64,000 nt of DNA, taken from contig CBDDBZ010000029.1 in the NCBI GenBank assembly GCA_965225945.1, forward strand, positions 103,998 to 167,997, given 5' to 3'. The translations under genes and the position numbers were made by a program. Origin of the DNA: Alphaproteobacteria bacterium. GTDB taxonomy: Bacteria; Pseudomonadota; Alphaproteobacteria; GCA-2731375. The notes beneath the pieces were generated by a model. That model was not told the DNA's origin and made no database searches. It was given only the letters and a program-made list of their open reading frames with translations. Of the stretch, positions 58,321 to 64,000 are shown in pieces (within the stretch, counting starts at the first letter, position 1; each line of letters starts with the position of its first letter).

Positions 58321-58710
58321 GTCGTCTGGCGCCTGGACCGGCTGGCGCGGTCGCTCAAGCAGTTGATCACGACCGTCGAGGATCTGGAGCAGCGTGGCGT
58401 CGGCTTCCGCTCGCTCACAGAGGCCGTCAATACCACGACGAACGGCGGGCGGCTGGTGTTCCACATATTCGCCGCCTTGGCGGAGTTCGAGCGCGGGATC
58501 ATCCGCGAGCGGACCATGGCCGGGCTGGAGGCAACGAAGGTGCGTGGGCGCACCGGTGGACGGCCGTCGGCAATGAACGACGCGGATATCACGGCGGCGA
58601 GGGCCATGCTGAGGGCCAACGGCATTTCCGTGGCGGAGGTGGCGGAGCGGCTGCAGGTGTCGCCGTCGACGCTCTACAGGCACCTGCCGGGCGGGCGAGG
58701 GCGTTGGGGT
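58321..58710 (+). pseudogene. Serine resolvase/invertase lacking its N-terminal catalytic segment
   Basis: VVWRLDRLARS, LAEFER..IRERT.AGL, GGRP and HTH STLYRH are present; no YARVS. Confidence 0.8.
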
Positions 58711-59018
58711 GAGCATACGCGGCGGCGAGGGCCACCCATGTCGTCTATCGGGGGTATAGTCTCCGTCGGGCCGGGGTGGCCGATTCGGTCATTGATAGCC
58801 AATACACGAAATTCCACCTTTCTAATGTACCGGTCAAATACCAGATCATTTGCACATCATAACCAATTGCTACTGGCGCAATCTGTTACCGGCTGTCGAG
58901 TGGTCCACTGCTTCGACAGGAGGTTCAAAATTTTGAGTGGAAAACTCGCTAATCGCCGTCGCTTCCCGCATCCCGTCTTTCAGCGATATAGGGTATCCAC
59001 TTCCTTCTCCCTCGCCAA

Positions 59019-60730
59019 GTAACCGGGGCAAAAGGCCGGGCATTTTTTCGTGCAGGGGATTCCTTTTCGGCGCGAGTTGTGAATCAATCCCCGCATGGCC
59101 GAATCGCCCCTGGACGTTGATGCTCTGGATATCGCGGCCCTCAAGGCGTTGGTGTTGGAGCTGCTTGAGCTGGGCGCGGCACGGGATGGCGAGATCGCCG
59201 CGCTACGGGAGGAGAACCGCCGTCTCGAGGGCCTGAACGGTCCCCCGAATATCAAGCCCAGCGGGATGGACGAGAAAGCGCGCTCGCGGGCACAGGCGAA
59301 GGCGGGGCGGTCTGCCAACAAGGCGCGGCGCGGGGCCAAGTTGGGCCGGGTCTCGATTGATGAGAAACGCGTCGTCGACGTCGATGCGCCGGCGGGCTCG
59401 CGCTTCAAGGGCTGGGAGGATTACCTGGTCCAGGATCTGCTCTGCTGGCCGCATAACGTTCTGTTGCGCCGCGAGCGCTGGCTGACGCCGGACGGTCGTT
59501 GCCTGGTGGCGCCCCTGCCGGCGGGGACGCGCGGTCATTTCGGCCCCGAGCTTCGCCGTTTCGTGTTGGCCCAATAGCACGGCGCGCAGACCAGCGTGGA
59601 ACGCTTGGCGAGGCTGTTGCGCGATCTCGGCGTCGATATCTCCAAGCGCCAGGTGATGCGGCTTTTGAACGAGGGCCAGGAAGCTTTTGCCGCCGAGGCG
59701 CAAGCGGTGCTGCGCGCCGGCCTGGAAACCGCGCCCTGGATCAGCGTGGACGACACCGGCGCCCGGCATGCGCACCGCAATGGGGTGACAACCCAGATCG
59801 GCAACGATGCGTTTACCTGGTTCAACACCGGCTTTTCCAAGAGCCGGTTGAACTTCCTGGAGCTGCTGCGGGCCGGCCATGGCGACTATGTGATCAACCA
59901 GGCGGCGTTCTCCTACCTGCGCAAGCGCAAGCTCGCCGGAACCGTGATCGCTCGGCTGGCCGAGGCGGAGAACCACCACTTTGTCGGCGAGGCCGCCTGG
60001 ATGGTCCATCTCGAGCAGCTTGGGATTGCCGCGCTCAAAGTCCATCCCGATCCAGTCAAGGTCGCCACCGAGGGCGCGCTGTGGGGGGCCATCACCGCGC
60101 ACGGGTTGCTCAATGGCGGCCCGGATGGCACGGTTGTTCTGAGTGACGATGCCGGCCAGTTCAACGTCGATCGCCACGCGCTCTGCTGGGTTCATAGCGA
60201 ACGGCTGATCCACCAACTGGACGCTTTCAGCGAGGCTCAGCGCCGGGAGAAGGAACGCATCCAAGCCCGGCTCTGGCGGCTCTACGCCGATCTGAAAGCC
60301 TATCGCGAAAAGCCGACGCCAAGGCGGCGAGGCCAATTGTATCGCCGCTTCGAGGCTCTGTTCACCACGAAAACAGGCTTCATCACCCTGGATCGGCTGC
60401 TGGCGCGTATCCACACCAACAGGGAGGAATTGCTGGTCGTCCTCGAGCGCCCGGAGGTGCCGCTCCACACCAACGGCTCGGAAACCGACATCCGCGCCAT
60501 GGTCACCCGGCGAAAACTGTCCGGCGGCACCCGCTCGCAAGCCGGCAAGCAGGCCCGCGACACCTTCATCGGGCTGATGAAGACCTGCCGCAAGCTCGGG
60601 CTCTCCTCTTGGGATTATCTCGGCGACCGCCTCGAGCTTCCCGACGCCACCCAGGTCCCGCCACTAGCCGACCTCGTCAGACAACGCTGTATGGAAATGG
60701 CTTGACCGCCCGGTGTTTTGCCCCGGGTAC
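59019..60730 (+). mobile_element. Single-ORF IS66-family element; transposase 59095-60705 broken by an in-frame TAG at 59575
   Basis: GTAA...GTAC ends, 8-bp TSD CTCGCCAA; VDDTGARH, LSDDAGQF, LCWVH, HTNGSE. Confidence 0.88.
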
Positions 60731-60796
60731 CTCGCCAATGCGTAACTCATTGAAATTTCAAAGAAAATCGGCAAAATGTAGCCTCTCGTCGATTTC

Positions 60797-62488
60797 GTAA
60801 TAGGGGCAGAACCCCGGGCACTCAGGCTGAGGCGGCGCGCTGCCTGATCAGATCGGGGAGGTAGGCGATAGGCGGGGCATCGGGGACCCCGAGGCGGTCG
60901 CCGAGGTAGTCCCAGAAGGAGATGCCCTGTTTGGCGCAGGTCTTCATGAGGCCGAGGAAGGCGTCGCGGGCCTCGCGGCCGGCCTCGGATCGGGTGCCGC
61001 CGGAGATCTTGCGGCGGGTCACCTGGCAGCGGATGTCGTTCTCCGAGCCGTTGGTGTTGAGCGGCACCTCGGGGCGCTCGAGCACCAGCAGCAACTCTTC
61101 CTTGTTGCCATGGAGCCGGGCGAGCAGGCGATCGAGGGTGGCGAAGCCGGTGCGCCTGGTGAAGATATCGTCGAAGCGCCGGCGAAGCTCGCGTCTTCGT
61201 CGCCGGCGCGGGTCTTCGCGGTAGGCCTTGAGGTCCGCGTAGAGCCACCAGATCCGGGTCCGGATCCGTTCTTTCGCTTGCGCCTGCGCCTGAGTGAAAC
61301 AATCCAGCTTATGGACCAAGCGCTCGGCGTGGACCCAGCAGAGCGCGTGATGGCCGACGTTGAACTGGCCGGCGTCGTCGCTGAGGATGGCGCTGTCTTT
61401 GAGCAGGCCGTGGTCAGTAAGGGAGCCCCAGAGCGCGCCCTCGGTGGCGATCTTGACCGGATCGGGCTGGACCTCGAGGTCCGTGATCCCCAAGGCCTTC
61501 AGGTGGCTCATCCAGATCCTCTCGTCGGCAAAGCGGCGCACCCGGGCCGTTTCCAAACGGGCGACGAGGGGGCCGGCGAGACGGCGTTCGCGCATGTAGG
61601 CCAAGGCCGCGTCATTGACCAGGTTGTCTTCGTGACCGGCCCGCAGCAGTTCCAGGAAGTTCCGCCGGCTCTTGGAAAAGCCGGTGGCGAACCAGGCGAA
61701 ATGGTCGTTGCCGATCTGCGTGCACACGCCGTTGCGCGCCCGATGGCGGGCGCCGGTGTCGTCCACGCTGACCCAGGCCGCGGTCTCCAGGCCGGCGCGC
61801 AGAACCGCGCCCGCCTCGCCGGTGAAGCACGCCTGGTCCTCGTTCAGGAGCCGCATCACCTGGCGCTTGGAGATCGCCACCCCGATATCGCTGAGCAAGG
61901 CTACCAGACGCGCCACCGTGGTCTGGCCCTGGTGGTAGAGGTCCACCACGAAGCGGCGCAACTCCGACCCGAAGTGGCCCTTCACCCCCGCTGGCAAGGC
62001 CGCTATCACCGTCTCTCCCGACGGCGTCACCCAGCGTTGCCGGTGGTAGCGCAGGGTATATGGGCGCACCAAGAGATCTTGGACCACGTAGGGCTCGGTG
62101 CCCTTGAAGCGCGAGCCCGGCGGAACCTCGGCCACAAGGATGCGCTCCTCGTCGATACGCAGCCGCGCGTTCTTCTTGCCCCGGCGGGCCTGTTGGCGCC
62201 GTTCCTTGGTCTTGCGTCGTTCGGCCGCCTTCTTCTCCATGCCGCTCGGCTTGATCTTGGGCCGCCCCTTGAGCCCTTTCAGCCGCGCGATCTCCTCGCG
62301 CAAGGCCGCGTTCTCCACTCGCAGACGCGCGACCTCCTCCAATTGCCGGAGCACCAACCGCTTGAGGTCGTCCAGGCTCAGGGCCTCAATATCCGGGAGC
62401 GATTCGGCCATCGCCCCATTGATTCATACTTCGAGTCCGCTGAGAATCCCCCCAGCTCAAAAAATGCCCGGGGTTTTGCCCCTCTTAC
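60797..62488 (-). mobile_element. Single-ORF IS66-family element with an intact transposase (60822-62411)
   Basis: GTAA...TTAC ends, TSD TCGATTTC / TCGATTTG; same motifs as the neighbouring element. Confidence 0.9.
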
Positions 62489-62853
62489 TCGATTTGGGCA
62501 TAAGTCATTGAATCCACAATGGTTTTTCCGTATGACGAGACTGAAGTGGATACCCTATTCAGCGATTATTGCAATCAAGACTGGATACCAATCAGTCTGT
62601 GTTCGTCGGCGGTCGAACTCGGCGCCCTCGTGCAACAACAGAACAAGATGATGCGCCCGGTCGATTTCTTCCCGATGGAACGCTGTCGTAGAGCGTCGTC
62701 AACCGGCCCCGGCAGCGCGGATTTCTGACGATAACAGAACCGTGCGGCGGCAGGCACTCGACGAAGGCACCGCCGAGGCTCTATTTTCAGGGGTCTGCCG
62801 ACCTATCGGCGCCGAACGCGCCGGAACCGTGACCCGGATAGGAAGGAGTGAGG

Positions 62854-62939
62854 ATGCACTACCGCCGTATTTCCGCCGACTGCCATATCGATCTCTGCTG
62901 GAAGGGCTGCTGCAGAAGGCCGGCGCGCAAGCCATCTAG
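62854..62939 (+). pseudogene. Amidohydrolase-2-like gene reduced to a stub
   Basis: Strong RBS (AAGGAG), then MHYRRISADCHIDLCW, then a jump to a short out-of-frame tail GLLQKAGAQAI*. Confidence 0.55.
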
Positions 62940-62971
62940 GGGGGCGAAGCGATGATGGGAGGAAATCTTTC

Positions 62972-63688
62972 ATGAGTCTCGATGACATCAAAGCGCTCAC
63001 CTTCGATACGGGCGGCACCATTCTGGACTGGCACACCGGCTTCAAGACGGCGCTTGCCGAGGTCGGCGCCAAATACGGCGAGGAACGGGATTGGACGGCA
63101 CTGACCAACGAATTGCGCCGGCGCTCCTTGAAGCGGATGCTGAAACTGGGCGAGCACGAGCCGCCGGCCTATAACTTCGACGGCTCGCACAAGGCGACGC
63201 TGGACGAGATCCTGGCCGAGAACGGCCTCGATATGGTCACCGAGGAGGAGCGCCGCACCATCTGGTGGGACAAGGCGCACAACTTTCAGTGCTGGCCCGA
63301 CTTTCCCGACACCCTGCCGCGGCTGCGCCAGAAGTTCATCTGCGCCTCGTTCACGATCCTGAGTTTCCGCATCATCATCGACACGGCGAAGCGGAACGGC
63401 CTCAGTTGGGACGCGGTGATCAGTTGCGAGGCGATCGGCAAGTACAAGATCCTGCCCGAGGCCTACCAGACCGCGGCCAAGTACCTGCAGCTCGACGTCG
63501 GCGAGTGCTGCATGGTGGCCTGCCACAACTTCGACCTCGACGCCGCCAAGGCGGTCGGCTTCAAGACCGCCTTCGTCCGCCGGCCCGACGAATGGGGGCC
63601 CGAAGGACCGCCCGACCCGACCCCCAACCCGATCCACGACATCGTCGTCGACAGCTTTCCCGAGCTGGCCGACCGGCTCGGCGCCTGA
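62972..63688 (+). CDS. Haloacid dehalogenase type II (HAD superfamily)
   Basis: KALTFDTGGTILDW, WPD, YK..PEAY, MVACHNFDL.AA..VG.KTAFVRRP.EWG. Confidence 0.88.
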   Translation: MSLDDIKALTFDTGGTILDWHTGFKTALAEVGAKYGEERDWTALTNELRRRSLKRMLKLGEHEPPAYNFDGSHKATLDEILAENGLDMVTEEERRTIWWDKAHNFQCWPDFPDTLPRLRQKFICASFTILSFRIIIDTAKRNGLSWDAVISCEAIGKYKILPEAYQTAAKYLQLDVGECCMVACHNFDLDAAKAVGFKTAFVRRPDEWGPEGPPDPTPNPIHDIVVDSFPELADRLGA

Positions 63689-63760
63689 GGCGCGTTTAGG
63701 CTATTCGCCGCCCGCTCAGCCCAGCCTTGCGGTCTTCTGTTCCGCACCCTTGTAGAGGAT

Positions 63761-63866
63761 CTCGCGGACGGCGCCGATCGCCGGCGCCTGGTCCGCCACG
63801 GCTATTTGCCGAACGAGAGGTGCAGATCGGGATCGGCCCGGGTCACGGTTCGCCAGCCCCGGGTTG
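63761..63866 (+). pseudogene. IS256-family transposase fossil
   Basis: With two frameshifts reads DRRRLVRHGYLP-EREVQIGIGP-TVRQPRV. Confidence 0.55.
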
Positions 63867-64000
63867 CAATGTCGTCTGGGGGTACATTCCCCGTCGGGCC
63901 TGGGTGGCCGTTTAGGGCTGGAGTTGCCCCGCTTTCATGGGCTGTCAGAGTTTTGCGCGACGGGGGGGTGGCTCCTCTCGTAGTTGATGGGTGATTGGTA

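Larger units (their letters stand above)
58989..62557. mobile_element. MITE-like element (~150 bp when empty) hosting two IS66-like insertions
   Basis: 15-bp TIR TAGGGTATCCACTTC / GAAGTGGATACCCTA; flanks TTCAGCGATA / TTCAGCGATT. Confidence 0.7.

Noticed and set aside
63914-64000. Possible IS left end at the window edge
   Set aside because: No partner IR or ORF is visible within the window.
1-64000. tRNA, rRNA or riboswitch
   Set aside because: None recognised by eye; a tRNAscan/Rfam search would be needed to exclude them.

Overview
GC-rich bacterial chromosomal window, probably alphaproteobacterial (inferred from the fabI-aroC and ileS-lspA-lipoprotein-M16 gene order). It has four parts. 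(1) 1-5 kb: a kynurenine-pathway cluster (HAAO, divergent TDO, KMO, kynureninase, truncated formamidase-like stub), followed at 5-7.3 kb by two IS110/IS1111-family elements. (2) 7.7-38.5 kb: mostly ordinary metabolic and housekeeping genes, including two TauD-like dioxygenases, a Sel1 protein, a DnaJ-like protein, fabI, aroC, ileS, lspA, an M16 peptidase pair, phnW, a Na/Pi transporter, a convergently split peptide-type ABC transporter, a peroxiredoxin, a carboxyltransferase, an AKR and an LLM monooxygenase. (3) 38.7-62.6 kb: a dense, nested mobile-element zone (IS1595 x5, IS256, two-ORF IS3-like x2, ISAs1 stub, IS66-like x2 inside a MITE) with scattered genes and gene stubs. (4) A haloacid dehalogenase near the end. 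No rRNA, tRNA or CRISPR array was seen. The strongest leads are an IS110 element whose 3' non-coding end looks like a bridge-RNA-type guide and can also pair with its 5' end, and an IS3-like element that makes 14-bp target duplications. All calls come from reading the sequence by eye; no searches were run.
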